From the NCBI GenBank assembly GCA_025450575.1, contig JANWHE010000016.1, positions 93,874 through 157,873 on the forward strand: a stretch of 64,000 nt of DNA, given 5' to 3'. The DNA is from Candidatus Saccharimonadales bacterium. Its GTDB lineage: Bacteria; Patescibacteriota; Saccharimonadia; Saccharimonadales; UBA10212. Shown here one piece after another: positions 25,973 to 35,958 of this stretch. The translations under genes and the position numbers were made by a program. Positions within the stretch are counted from its first letter, which is position 1. Every line of letters starts with the position of its first letter. The notes under the pieces were generated by a model, which ran no database searches, was not told the DNA's origin, and saw only the letters and a list, made by a program, of their open reading frames with translations.

Positions 25973-26437
25973 TTAGTTGATTTCGCCCAGAGCCAGGCGA
26001 CTGAAGCGGCGGACCACGATGTTCTCGCCCAGCTGGGCGTTGGCTTCTTTGACGATATCGCCGACGGTTTTAGAGGGATCCTTGACGAACTCCTGCTTGA
26101 GCAGATCCTCGACGCCTTCCGGCTCACTGGCGGCAATATGCAAGCATAAATCTTTGACTAATTCTTTGAATTCATCGGTTTTAGCCACGAAATCGGTCTC
26201 GCAGTTAACTTCCACTAAGACGCCGATGCGGCCGTCGTGGATGTAGCCGCCTATCAGTCCGGCCCGGGCTTCGCGCTCGCCGCGCTTTTCGGCCTTAGTC
26301 AGGCCTTTGGCGCGCATCTCGCTTAAGGCCTTGTCGAAATCGCCGGCGCTGTCCTGCAGGGCTTTTTTGGCGTCGGTAATGCCGACGCCGGTCAGCTGGC
26401 GCAGGCGCTTGATGTCATCGATCGATATATCGGCCAT
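25973..26437 (-). CDS. tsf: Elongation factor Ts (short form)
   Basis: LRQLTG.G..D.KKAL, EVNCETDFVA. Confidence 0.96.
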   Translation of the reverse strand: MADISIDDIKRLRQLTGVGITDAKKALQDSAGDFDKALSEMRAKGLTKAEKRGEREARAGLIGGYIHDGRIGVLVEVNCETDFVAKTDEFKELVKDLCLHIAASEPEGVEDLLKQEFVKDPSKTVGDIVKEANAQLGENIVVRRFSRLALGEIN

Positions 26438-26439
26438 GG

Positions 26440-27219
26440 TTATTTTTCCTCCTTGGTTTCGGCTGCGGCCTCGGCTTTCGGTTCTTCGGCCGGTTTGTCG
26501 GCCTTGTCGGCGGCTTTGGGCTTATCGGCTTGTTTTTTGCCGGCCTCAATAGCGGCTTGAACGTAATCCAGGATAAGATTAATGGCTTTGGTGGCATCGT
26601 CGTTGGCCGGAATCGGGTAATCGGCGACGGTCGGGTCGGCGTTGGTATCAATCAGCGCTACGACCGGTACGCCCAGTTTGCGGGCTTCTTTGATGGCGAT
26701 AGAGTCCTGCAAGGCGTCAACTACGAACACGGCGCCGGGCTTGGCGGCCAGTTCCTTGATGCCGCCGTATAAGTGGTTCATCTCGTCGATTTCTTCCTGG
26801 AAGCGCTGGACTTCCAGCTTGGAGTAGCGGTTAGCCAGCTCGCCGCTGATCATCCGGCTTTCCAAATCCTTAAGGTGTTTGATGCGGCCGCCGATAGTGG
26901 CGCCGTTGGTCAGCATGCCGCCCAGCCAGCGCTCGGTGACATAGGGCATGTTGGTAGCCAAAGCTACTTCTTTGACCTTGTCTTTGGCTTGGCGTTTGGT
27001 GCTGACCAGCAGGATCTGCTTGCCCTGGCCGGTGGTTTTGGTAATGAATTCCAAAGCCCGGTCCAGCGCCTCGACGGTCTTGGTCAGATCGATGATGTGA
27101 TTGCCCTCGCGTTTGCTATGAATATAGGGCGCCATTTTGGGGTGCCAGCGGCTGGTCTGGTGGCCAAAGTGGGCGCCGGCCTCTAATAACTGTTTGATAT
27201 CTACCTGAGCGGTAGCCAT
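26440..27219 (-). CDS. rpsB: 30S ribosomal protein S2
   Basis: LLEAGAHFGH, RWLGGMLTN, IPANDD; start probably MATAQ after AAAGGA. Confidence 0.97.
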   Translation of the reverse strand: MATAQVDIKQLLEAGAHFGHQTSRWHPKMAPYIHSKREGNHIIDLTKTVEALDRALEFITKTTGQGKQILLVSTKRQAKDKVKEVALATNMPYVTERWLGGMLTNGATIGGRIKHLKDLESRMISGELANRYSKLEVQRFQEEIDEMNHLYGGIKELAAKPGAVFVVDALQDSIAIKEARKLGVPVVALIDTNADPTVADYPIPANDDATKAINLILDYVQAAIEAGKKQADKPKAADKADKPAEEPKAEAAAETKEEK

Positions 27220-27373
27220 GATGAATCCTTTCTCTTCGGAAAGCGCTTGCCCTGACGGACCCTGCACGAGTCTCGCCGGGAGGATTGATATGCTCCCCTG
27301 CTTAATGTTTACCGGGTTATTCTACCTCTGTTAGGCTTTTTTTGCAAGCCTTGCGGGGTTCTTTGAACCGAAT

Positions 27374-27958
27374 TTAGTCGGCGTGCTGATAGAAGGTCTC
27401 GTTGACCCGCTCGGCATATTGTGGATTAAGCCGCGGGTCTCTGGCGGCGATCAATAGTTCATCATATGTTCTTTGTACGCGGTCCATGTCTTCTAGAAGC
27501 CGTTCGGCTTCGTCATCTGTAAAGTCGCCGGCGCCCAGACGGGTTTCGGCTTCCCGGTCCAAAGGTTGGGCCGCTTCCACTCTGCCATAGCCACCACTTC
27601 CATAATTAGCTCCATAAAAGACGCTGAAGGCTACGGCTTCTTCGGGATATCGGGTGGCGTACGGAGTGTACTGTTGACCCGAGGCTTCGCCGCCTTTGGC
27701 TGCCGGGAACCCATATACCAGAGCATATTCCTCCTTCCATCCCTCTTTTGAGGTCACGATTCTGACCGATGGCGGGGCGTAGGGTAGCGGTACATCCGGA
27801 CCGGCTATAAGCGTCTGCAGGTACCGAGACAAGCTGGGGCCAACATTATATTGCATGGCTAGTTCCGCCCCCAAACCACGTATGTCGTCTATCTTCGCGC
27901 CCTCTTCTTCCGCCCAGTCGTTATCAAGCGCGAATTCTCCTAATCTTACGTGGCGCAT
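27374..27958 (-). CDS. Hypothetical protein
   Basis: 194 aa with AGGAG SD. Confidence 0.6.
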   Translation of the reverse strand: MRHVRLGEFALDNDWAEEEGAKIDDIRGLGAELAMQYNVGPSLSRYLQTLIAGPDVPLPYAPPSVRIVTSKEGWKEEYALVYGFPAAKGGEASGQQYTPYATRYPEEAVAFSVFYGANYGSGGYGRVEAAQPLDREAETRLGAGDFTDDEAERLLEDMDRVQRTYDELLIAARDPRLNPQYAERVNETFYQHAD

Positions 27959-28052
27959 AGCATCTCCTCTTTGGAGATTAAGATAGCATCAGCTAAATCG
28001 GCGCGCAAGAGGGATTGACCAACAGGGGTAAATCGATTACAATATCCAAGTT

Positions 28053-28454
28053 ATGAAAAAAGGTGTTCACCCTGATAATTATCGGCCTGTGGTTTTTCAG
28101 GACAGTAACGATAATTCGACCATCATCACCCGCTCGACGGTAACTACCGACGAGGTTATTACTATTGACGGCGTGGAATACCCGCTGGTCAAGATCCATA
28201 TCAGCAGCTCTTCGCACCCGTTCTTTACCGGCGAGGAGCGCATCGTCGACGTCGAAGGCCGGGTTGATAAGTTCAAGGCCCGCCAGGAGGTTGCCAAGAA
28301 AGCCCGCGAGGCCCGGGCGGCCGCCAAGCCCAAAGCTGCCAAGAAGATGCGCGTCGACGAGACCCAGAAACTGGGCGTCAGCGCCGCTCCCAAGGCCAAA
28401 GTCGCCGAAGGCAAGAATTTTTCCGAAGGCAAGCCAGTCGCCAGCGTCGAGTAA
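28053..28454 (+). CDS. rpmE: 50S ribosomal protein L31 type B with Lys/Ala-rich extension
   Basis: MKKGVHP..YRPVVF.D, ISSSSHPFFTG, GRVDKF; no Cys. Confidence 0.95.
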   Translation: MKKGVHPDNYRPVVFQDSNDNSTIITRSTVTTDEVITIDGVEYPLVKIHISSSSHPFFTGEERIVDVEGRVDKFKARQEVAKKAREARAAAKPKAAKKMRVDETQKLGVSAAPKAKVAEGKNFSEGKPVASVE

Positions 28455-28521
28455 CTGAATAATACCGAGCTTCCCTGACCGCTTAGGCTAAAGGGGAGTT
28501 TTTATATAAACTAGGACTAGC

Positions 28522-29577
28522 ATGAACCAGGAGCAATCTTTACGCGAAGAATATGACGGTCTGAAGCAACGGCTGCAGGACCCGGCTGTCTATTCGTCCA
28601 AAGATTATCCCAAATTGGCTCGCCGGATGGCCGAACTGGAAAAAATCCTGAATTTATTCGATGAACGCCAGAACCTCCAAAACGATATGAAACAAACCCG
28701 GGAGATGCTGGGCGGCGGTGACCCGGACCTGGCCATACTAGCCCATGATGAGATAGACGCTCTGGAGGCTAAAATAGCCAACAACGAAGCTTTGCTGAAC
28801 GAAACGCTGCTGCCTAAGGATCCTAACGACGACCGTGACTGCATCGTGGAGATCCGAGCGGCCGCCGGCGGCGACGAGGCCTCGCTTTTCGCCGGCGATT
28901 TATACCGTATGTACAGCCGCTGGTGCGAGACCCATGGCTATAAGACCGAGCTGATCAGCGAAAGCCCTTCCGAGGCCGGCGGTTTCAAAGAAATCATTTT
29001 TATGGTCCGCGGCGAAAACGCCTACAAGATGCTTAAATTCGAGGCCGGCGTCCACCGCGTCCAGCGCATCCCGGTTACCGAAAGCCAGGGCCGCATCCAC
29101 ACCAGCACCGTCACCGTGGCGGTGCTGCCGGAAGCCGAAGAGACCGACGTTGAAATCCGGCCGGAAGACATTCGCATTGATGTCTTTAGAGCCAGCGGCC
29201 ACGGCGGCCAGTCAGTCAACACTACCGACAGCGCCGTGCGCATCACCCATCTGCCCTCCGGTGTCGTAGTGTCCCAGCAGGACGAAAAAAGTCAGATCAA
29301 AAACCGAGATAAGGCCATGGGCGTCTTGCGCTCGCGGCTGCTGGCCGCCAAGATAGAAGAAGAGCAAAAACAGCTGGGCGACGCCCGCCGGTCGCTTATC
29401 GGCAGCGGCGACCGCAGCGAAAAGATCCGGACTTATAATTTTCCGCAGGACCGTATCACCGACCACCGTATAAATTACAGCCGCTCCAACCTGCCCGGCG
29501 CCCTGGACGGCAACATCGACGATCTTATAGAACAGCTGGCCGCCAAGGAGCTGGAGCTGCTGAAATCCGGCGGCTAA
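28522..29577 (+). CDS. prfA: Peptide chain release factor 1
   Basis: PVT anticodon motif, [13 protein letters not shown]. Confidence 0.98.
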   Translation: MNQEQSLREEYDGLKQRLQDPAVYSSKDYPKLARRMAELEKILNLFDERQNLQNDMKQTREMLGGGDPDLAILAHDEIDALEAKIANNEALLNETLLPKDPNDDRDCIVEIRAAAGGDEASLFAGDLYRMYSRWCETHGYKTELISESPSEAGGFKEIIFMVRGENAYKMLKFEAGVHRVQRIPVTESQGRIHTSTVTVAVLPEAEETDVEIRPEDIRIDVFRASGHGGQSVNTTDSAVRITHLPSGVVVSQQDEKSQIKNRDKAMGVLRSRLLAAKIEEEQKQLGDARRSLIGSGDRSEKIRTYNFPQDRITDHRINYSRSNLPGALDGNIDDLIEQLAAKELELLKSGG

Positions 29578-29578
29578 G

Positions 29579-30394
29579 ATGCGGTTAAAGAGTTTACTGG
29601 CCCATGGCCAGAAAAAGCTGGAGGCCGCCGGGATATCTTCGGCCCGATTGGACGTTCTGATATTGCTTGAGGATATGCTGCACAGAGATCGCAGCTGGAT
29701 TCTGGCCCACCCTGAACATGAGCTAAACAATCTGCAGGTCCGACGATTACTGCGCAAGGCAGAAAGACGCGCCGGCCACGTGCCCCTGGCTTATATCCGC
29801 GGCCATACCGAATTTTACGGCCGGCATTTCAAAGTCAACCGGCATGTTTTAGAGCCGCGGCCGGAAAGCGAGACGATGATCGAGCTGCTGCTTAAGCTTA
29901 AACTGCCGCCCAAACCGTCCATCGCCGATATCGGCACCGGCAACGGCGCCATCGGCATCACGGCGGCCCTGGAAATCACCGGCAGCCGGGTCGATTTATA
30001 CGAGATAAGCTCCGGCGCGCTGGCCGTCGCCAAACATAATGTCCATCTGCACGAACTGCGCCTGCACGCCCGCAAGATGAACCTGCTTAGCCGGCCGCTT
30101 AGGCCTTATGACGCGCTGCTGTGCAACCTGCCTTACGTACCGGACCATTGGCAGATAAACCAAGCGGCGCTGGCCGAACCCAAAATCGCCATTTTTGGCG
30201 GCCCTGACGGTCTGGACTTGTACCGCAAATTATTCAAACAGCTGCAGCGCTTCACCTGGAAACCGCGCTATGTTCTGACCGAAGCCTTGCCGCCTCAACA
30301 CGAACAACTGGCCGCAATTGCCGCCGCCCATGGCTTTGCCCTGCAGTCCTCGCAGGATTTCATCCAAATTTTCACTCCTGTTAAAAATACTTGA
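29579..30394 (+). CDS. prmC: Release factor glutamine methyltransferase
   Basis: PLAYI.G..EFYG, PRPESE, DIGTG.G, NLPY. Confidence 0.92.
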   Translation: MRLKSLLAHGQKKLEAAGISSARLDVLILLEDMLHRDRSWILAHPEHELNNLQVRRLLRKAERRAGHVPLAYIRGHTEFYGRHFKVNRHVLEPRPESETMIELLLKLKLPPKPSIADIGTGNGAIGITAALEITGSRVDLYEISSGALAVAKHNVHLHELRLHARKMNLLSRPLRPYDALLCNLPYVPDHWQINQAALAEPKIAIFGGPDGLDLYRKLFKQLQRFTWKPRYVLTEALPPQHEQLAAIAAAHGFALQSSQDFIQIFTPVKNT

Positions 30395-30406
30395 CAAGTC
30401 AAGTAT

Positions 30407-31681
30407 TTAACTTGTCGGGGCGTTGCCGATGGTGGCGTGCAGAGTAATCGTCTTGCCGCCGCGGACGACAGTCAAAGCCACTTTGTCGCCTACCTTGAAT
30501 TTGGCCAAGGCGGCCGTCAGGCTGGTCTTATCATCGATGGAAATATTATTAAGCTTGGTAATAACGTCGTGGTCTTTGACTCCGGCTTTGTCGGCCGGGC
30601 TGCCAGCCACGACCGCCGGCTCGGTGTCGCTGCTGAACACGTAGGCGCCGCGGCTTACCTTGAGATTGAACTCGCTGGCGATGTCGTTGGTCAGCGATAT
30701 GTAGCGGACGCCCAGGTAGGGCTGCTGCAGCTGGCCGCTACTAAGGACGCTGGATATCAGGGCTTTAAGGTCATTGACCGGCTGGGCAAAGCCTATATTC
30801 TGGGCATTGGCGGCCACGGCGGTATTGACGCCGATGACTTCGCCGTTGATGTTGACTAGCGGGCCGCCGGAATTGCCTTCGTTGATGGCGGCATCGGTCT
30901 GGAACAGATCCGTCAGGCTCTCGCTAGTCTCAAGACCGCTGCTGTCGCCGGCCGTAACGTCCCGTCCGTAACCGGAAATTATGCCGGTGGTAACGGTGTT
31001 TTGGAACTGGCCTAGAGCGTTGCCGATAGCGATGACCCGATCGCCGACCTGGACTTTTGAAGAGTCGCCCAAAGTGACCGGCGTCAGGGTTTTGCCGTTA
31101 AGGTTGGTGATTTTCAAAAACGCGATATCCTGCGGACTGCTATCGCTGGTGCGGCCGATAACTTGGACGTTATCGTACTTGGTCCCATCGGCCAAAGTCA
31201 CGCTGACCGATGTCGTGCCAGCCGGCACGACGTGCCGGTTAGTGACAATGATGCCGTCGGGACTGATTATGAAGCCTGTACCGGCGGCCGCCGTCTGCTG
31301 AGTCTGAGGGAAGCCGAAGAAATCGGTGGCGGTGTCCTGCCCCGTCACATCGACGGACACGACGCTTTGGCCGACATTCTTGGCGATCGATCCGATAAGC
31401 TGGCTTTCATTAGAGATATATTGCTGCTTGGCGGCGGTACTGGTACCGATAGCGGTTTTGCCATGGTTTTCGGCCCAGGCGCCTAAGAAACCGCCACCGA
31501 AACCGAATAATAAGCAGGCTAGCAGGAGCACAGCGATAGTTTTGGATAATCTGAAGGCCGGGCGCCTGGGCCGCAGATTCTGGGTGCGGGCTTTCAAGGC
31601 ATCGAGGTTGATGACCGGCTGCGGCCGGGTCGAGTAACTACCGCCCCGGGCCGGCTTCTTTGTCTTTGTATCATCGTCCAT
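30407..31681 (-). CDS. htrA: HtrA/DegP-like serine protease with PDZ domain
   Basis: TNRHVV, QTDAAINEGNSGGPL, C-terminal PDZ. Confidence 0.95.
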   Translation of the reverse strand: MDDDTKTKKPARGGSYSTRPQPVINLDALKARTQNLRPRRPAFRLSKTIAVLLLACLLFGFGGGFLGAWAENHGKTAIGTSTAAKQQYISNESQLIGSIAKNVGQSVVSVDVTGQDTATDFFGFPQTQQTAAAGTGFIISPDGIIVTNRHVVPAGTTSVSVTLADGTKYDNVQVIGRTSDSSPQDIAFLKITNLNGKTLTPVTLGDSSKVQVGDRVIAIGNALGQFQNTVTTGIISGYGRDVTAGDSSGLETSESLTDLFQTDAAINEGNSGGPLVNINGEVIGVNTAVAANAQNIGFAQPVNDLKALISSVLSSGQLQQPYLGVRYISLTNDIASEFNLKVSRGAYVFSSDTEPAVVAGSPADKAGVKDHDVITKLNNISIDDKTSLTAALAKFKVGDKVALTVVRGGKTITLHATIGNAPTS

Positions 31682-31722
31682 ATTTAATATTCTAGTCGTT
31701 AAACTGAATTAAACCTGAAAAT

Positions 31723-32478
31723 CTATAAAGTCGCGCCGGTCCAGTTGGAGAAAACTATGATTATGAACAGAATCGCCAGCATGATGCCCAGCATCTGCCG
31801 CCTCAGTAGTCCGGACAGCCTTTCGGTGGCGTCCAAGTAATAAAGAGCGGCCAAGCCGTAGCCAATAGTCGTTAGGATCACGATGATCTGGGCGACCGTG
31901 CCGTAAAACAGCAGCCAGTGGGCCAATACAAAAGCCAAGCTGGCCGAAAAATAAGCCCAGATGTGGGCTAACAGCGCGCTATGCGGCTCCTCGAACGAAG
32001 TCAGGTAATGGCGGGCGGATAAATAGGTTACCAGCCAGGTACCGGCCACTAGGCCGACGATGGAACTGTCGCCGAATTTCAGATAAAGCAAGCTTAATCC
32101 CAACAACTGGCCGATCATCGCCTGCGCCGAGACGCTTAGAACGTCATAGCGCGGCTTCAGCCATAGCAGCCAGCCGCCGTAAAGCACCATCCAAAACAGT
32201 TGCCACCAGCCACCGGTAGTGCTGGCCATGAATAGCACCAGCGACACGGCCACCATGATATCCACGCCGTTACCGATAAGATTAGCCATCCAATAACGCG
32301 GCCGGACGGCGAACATCCGCCATTTGCTTAAGACAATCAGCAGGATAGCAATGCTGACGAAGTCTATGCGCACTAAGATGTAGGCCAGTATCGGCAGCAG
32401 TAAGTTCAAGCCCAGATAAAAGATATGGGAAAAGCCGCGGCTGGGCTTGATTCTAGCGGGTAGAGCTCGCATCTTCAC
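31723..32478 (-). CDS. Hypothetical polytopic membrane protein
   Basis: About eight hydrophobic segments. Confidence 0.75.
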   Translation of the reverse strand: MKMRALPARIKPSRGFSHIFYLGLNLLLPILAYILVRIDFVSIAILLIVLSKWRMFAVRPRYWMANLIGNGVDIMVAVSLVLFMASTTGGWWQLFWMVLYGGWLLWLKPRYDVLSVSAQAMIGQLLGLSLLYLKFGDSSIVGLVAGTWLVTYLSARHYLTSFEEPHSALLAHIWAYFSASLAFVLAHWLLFYGTVAQIIVILTTIGYGLAALYYLDATERLSGLLRRQMLGIMLAILFIIIVFSNWTGATL

Positions 32479-34090
32479 CTAAGATTATAACAAATTTGGT
32501 CCCCGACGGCGGCGTGACCCCGAACTGCGCGGGCACTTTACCGACAGAGGTGACTCCCAACCGGCCTTCCAGGTAATGAGCCGTGTATTTATCGGCGCCC
32601 TTACTTAAGTCCACCAAAGTGCTGGCCGACGGATCGGTGGCGTTGCCGGCGTTCTGGACAGTAGTGACGTTATAACCATACGATTTCAGCAGCTTGGATT
32701 CGGCCGTCGCCACACCGGCCGTGCCGGTGGCGTTATATATCGCGACCGAAGCGTTCTCGCGGGTTATCAGGCCGTCTTTCAGCGCGCCATGCAGGAATGT
32801 ATGGATGTCGGTGTAATCATACAGCCCGGCCCGCGGCTCAACGATGGATAAGCCGCCCATGTTACCGGTAGTCAGCAGGGCGTTGGGCGGCGTGACCATA
32901 TCCAGCGATTGGATTGAGGCGCTAGGAATAGTGGACATTTGCTTATATAAGCATTTGATATCGGTGACCGAAAAGTCGGTGTAAACGTTGGCACCCAGGC
33001 TGTCCAGCAAGCTGGAGATCCTCAGCGGATTGGCGAAAGTACCGGCGCTGAAGGTCTTATCTTTGATGGCGGCGATCAGCAGGCGCTGCCGCTGGCCGCG
33101 GGCGAAGTCGCTGGATGTCTCGCGCGAGCGGGCATACAGTAATGCTTGGGCGCCATTAAAAGTCTGGACGCCTTTTTTAGCAATTACCGGATTGTTATGG
33201 TTCTCCCAAGCGATAGTCGGGTCGTACACAGTTTCGGGCACGTTAACCGTTACCCCGCCTAAGGCATCAACCATCTCTTTGAAGGCCGAGAAGTCCAACA
33301 GCACGTGATAGTTGATATGTACTCCGTCCAATATGGGCTGCAATGTCTTATCCAGTTCGGCGATGCCGGCCTCTTCTTGGCCGGCCTGCGACTTGGAATT
33401 CGATTCGTCGACGGCATCGGCGTAAGCGGCATTGATCTTTTGAGTGCCATTATTAGGGATATGGACCCATAGGTCGCGCGGGATAGACAACAAGACGGCT
33501 TTGTCGTTAATGGGGTCGATGCTGGCCAGTAGGATGGTATCCGTCAGATTAGGGCCGTCATGTCCCGGGCCGCCGATCCCCAGCAGCAATATATTGATGC
33601 GGCTGTCGCCCTCCTTGTTGACCTGTGAGACATCGACATTATCCGTACAGACGGTCACCGATTTGCCGCCACCAGCCAAGACTTTCTTCTGAGTATGATA
33701 AAGCTTGTATCCGAAGTAGGCGCCGCCGGCCAGAATAAGGATCATAAAAGTCATAGCCGTGCGCTTGATCCGCCGCTTCAGTTTGGCATGGCGCTGCCAG
33801 AACCGCAGTTTACGCTGGCGGCTCTGGATGTCATCTAAAACTATCGGTTCTTCTAATAGGTGGGCGGCTTCTTCGGATTCGGAATAATCCAGCGGCCGCG
33901 ACGGCATGGCCTCGCGGGCCGAATAAAAACCGTCGGTCCGTCCAGTAAAGTTGCCAAGGGTCGGCGTCGGAGCCGGCCGCGACGGCTGGTAAGAGGACGT
34001 CTTGGGAAAGCCTATCTGCCTTCCGCTCTGAACAATTCCATCAATCGAAGCCGGTTGGTTACGGCCCCTACGGCCCTTATGTTTTTCCAT
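32453..34090 (-). CDS. LCP (LytR-CpsA-Psr) family protein with LytR_C domain
   Basis: NILLLG, TDTI, SIPRDL, YARSR, DFARGQRQ, YNATGTAG.A. Confidence 0.93.
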   Translation of the reverse strand: MEKHKGRRGRNQPASIDGIVQSGRQIGFPKTSSYQPSRPAPTPTLGNFTGRTDGFYSAREAMPSRPLDYSESEEAAHLLEEPIVLDDIQSRQRKLRFWQRHAKLKRRIKRTAMTFMILILAGGAYFGYKLYHTQKKVLAGGGKSVTVCTDNVDVSQVNKEGDSRINILLLGIGGPGHDGPNLTDTILLASIDPINDKAVLLSIPRDLWVHIPNNGTQKINAAYADAVDESNSKSQAGQEEAGIAELDKTLQPILDGVHINYHVLLDFSAFKEMVDALGGVTVNVPETVYDPTIAWENHNNPVIAKKGVQTFNGAQALLYARSRETSSDFARGQRQRLLIAAIKDKTFSAGTFANPLRISSLLDSLGANVYTDFSVTDIKCLYKQMSTIPSASIQSLDMVTPPNALLTTGNMGGLSIVEPRAGLYDYTDIHTFLHGALKDGLITRENASVAIYNATGTAGVATAESKLLKSYGYNVTTVQNAGNATDPSASTLVDLSKGADKYTAHYLEGRLGVTSVGKVPAQFGVTPPSGTKFVIILGEDASSTR

Positions 34091-34110
34091 TTCGCACGTA
34101 CCAGTATAAC

Positions 34111-34266
34111 AAGAAGCCGGTTACGCTCAAACTCGCCAGCCGGCCGTACCGTCTGAGCTTACGGCGAATCGCAGCGTTGCCGGCTGTGCTACTACTTCGA
34201 AGTATATTTAGATACATCTCAGTGCATTGCTCGCCGCCTTGCGTTTCATCCGTAAATCGGCTTCTT
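34111..34266. repeat. Palindromic RPE/MITE-like element
   Basis: Termini AAGAAGCCGGTTACG / CGTAAATCGGCTTCTT; internal GCGTTGC..GAAGTAT..TAC..GCCTTGC. Confidence 0.55.
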
Positions 34267-34333
34267 ACTGCCGTGAACTTAAAACCTAATGTTTATGAAT
34301 ATCAAGACCGAATATATATAATAGGAGGCTGAC

Positions 34334-35008
34334 ATGGAGATAATCCCACCTAAAAAACAGGTCGGCCATAAGGCTTACCACCGGTCCCATGAGCCCGCGG
34401 CCGGGCCGGCGGCGTCCACCGAGCCGGCCGGACAGCCGACCGAAAGCCGTTTAAGAAACACTCTGTCAACTGTCGGCCTGTTCGCCTCGGCCCTGCTGAT
34501 AGCCGTCCTTTTGAACACCTTCGTCATCCAAAGCTACCAGGTGGACGGCCAGAGCATGGAAAGCACCCTGCACAACGGCGACCGGCTGATCGTTAATAAA
34601 CTTCCGCGCACCCTTTCCCGTCTGGACGGCCACCAGTACGTACCCGAACGGGGCGATATCATAATCTTCAACGAGCAAGGCCTGCCGGGCTTTATCGGCG
34701 AAAAACAGTTAATCAAAAGGGTGGTCGGCCTGCCAGGCGACCATGTGGTGGTGGCCGGGAGCAAAATCACCATCTATAACTCTCAGCATCCGGACGGCTT
34801 CAATCCTGACACATCCGGCGATTACCGGATCAGCCAGCCGACCGGCATTCCCTTTGACGGCGTGCTTAAAAGCGACGAGTTATTCGTCTGCGGCGATAAC
34901 CGCGGCAACTCCGAAGACTCACGGTCGTTCGGGCCGATCAAAACCAGCCAGGTCGTGGCCAAACTAGTGCTGAGAATCCTGCCACTCAATGAAACCCAGA
35001 GTTTCTAG
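34334..35008 (+). CDS. lepB: Signal peptidase I
   Basis: V.G.SM..TL, IKRVVGLPGD, GDNR.NS.DSR.FG. Confidence 0.95.
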   Translation: MEIIPPKKQVGHKAYHRSHEPAAGPAASTEPAGQPTESRLRNTLSTVGLFASALLIAVLLNTFVIQSYQVDGQSMESTLHNGDRLIVNKLPRTLSRLDGHQYVPERGDIIIFNEQGLPGFIGEKQLIKRVVGLPGDHVVVAGSKITIYNSQHPDGFNPDTSGDYRISQPTGIPFDGVLKSDELFVCGDNRGNSEDSRSFGPIKTSQVVAKLVLRILPLNETQSF

Positions 35009-35072
35009 CCAGTCTGTCCGCCAAAATACAATATAGGCTTAAGCGGACTGTATAACTTTTTTGAACGATTAA

Positions 35073-35939
35073 CTAAGAACTTAGATTTAATTTCTGACTG
35101 ATATCGTTTAAGTGTTCGTCGTTATCGAACCGGATTATCAGCTGGCCGCCCTTGGCGGTATGCTTTATCTGCACCTTAGTACCCAGTTTCCGGCCGATAG
35201 ACTTAGTCAGTTCGGTCTCGCTGGCCGTCCGAGTGCGAGCCGATTTGGCGTCGGCTCCGGCTTTGGCGGCGGTAGCGAACTGTTCGGCTTGGCGGACGGT
35301 CCAGCCGTTGTTTTCGATACTACGTAAAAGTTCTCCTTGTTTTTCGGGCCAAGCCTTCAGCGACAGTATGGCGCGGGCGTGTCCTTCACTTATCCGGCCT
35401 TGACGCAGAGCCTCGCGGGCACTGTCCGGTAACTGTAGTAGGCGGGTCAAGTTACTGATAGTACTGGTGGCTTTGCCGAGTTTTTTAGCGATTTCATCAA
35501 GCCCCAGATTAAACTGCTGTTGTAATTTATAAACACTCAGCGCTTGCTCTAACGGAGACAAGTCTACTCTTTGAATGTTCTCTATCAGAGACAGCTCTAT
35601 TTCTTCCAGTTCGCGCATTGAACGGACGATAGCCGGAATTGTGTTCAGCTGGGCGGCTTGAGCTGCCCGCCAGCGGCGCTCGCCGGCAACGATTCGGTAG
35701 CCATCTTTGTGCCTGATGACGATGATCGGCTGCACGACGCCGTGCTGCTTGATACTGGCAGCCAGTTCGGCGAGCGACGACTCCTCGAACACCCGGCGCG
35801 GCTGGTCGGGGTTAGGCACGATGTCCTGTATAAGTAATTTCTGCACCCGCTCGTTATCTTCTTGCAAGATAGATTGGTCCAGGTCGGTGGAAATCAAAGC
35901 CCCTAGCCCTCGCCCTAACGATTGATTCTGTGCGCTCAT
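35073..35939 (-). CDS. parB: Chromosome partitioning protein ParB
   Basis: LGRGLGAL, PNPDQPR, AGERRWRA, ENIQR.DL. Confidence 0.96.
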   Translation of the reverse strand: MSAQNQSLGRGLGALISTDLDQSILQEDNERVQKLLIQDIVPNPDQPRRVFEESSLAELAASIKQHGVVQPIIVIRHKDGYRIVAGERRWRAAQAAQLNTIPAIVRSMRELEEIELSLIENIQRVDLSPLEQALSVYKLQQQFNLGLDEIAKKLGKATSTISNLTRLLQLPDSAREALRQGRISEGHARAILSLKAWPEKQGELLRSIENNGWTVRQAEQFATAAKAGADAKSARTRTASETELTKSIGRKLGTKVQIKHTAKGGQLIIRFDNDEHLNDISQKLNLSS

Positions 35940-35958
35940 GACTTAATTATACGATATT

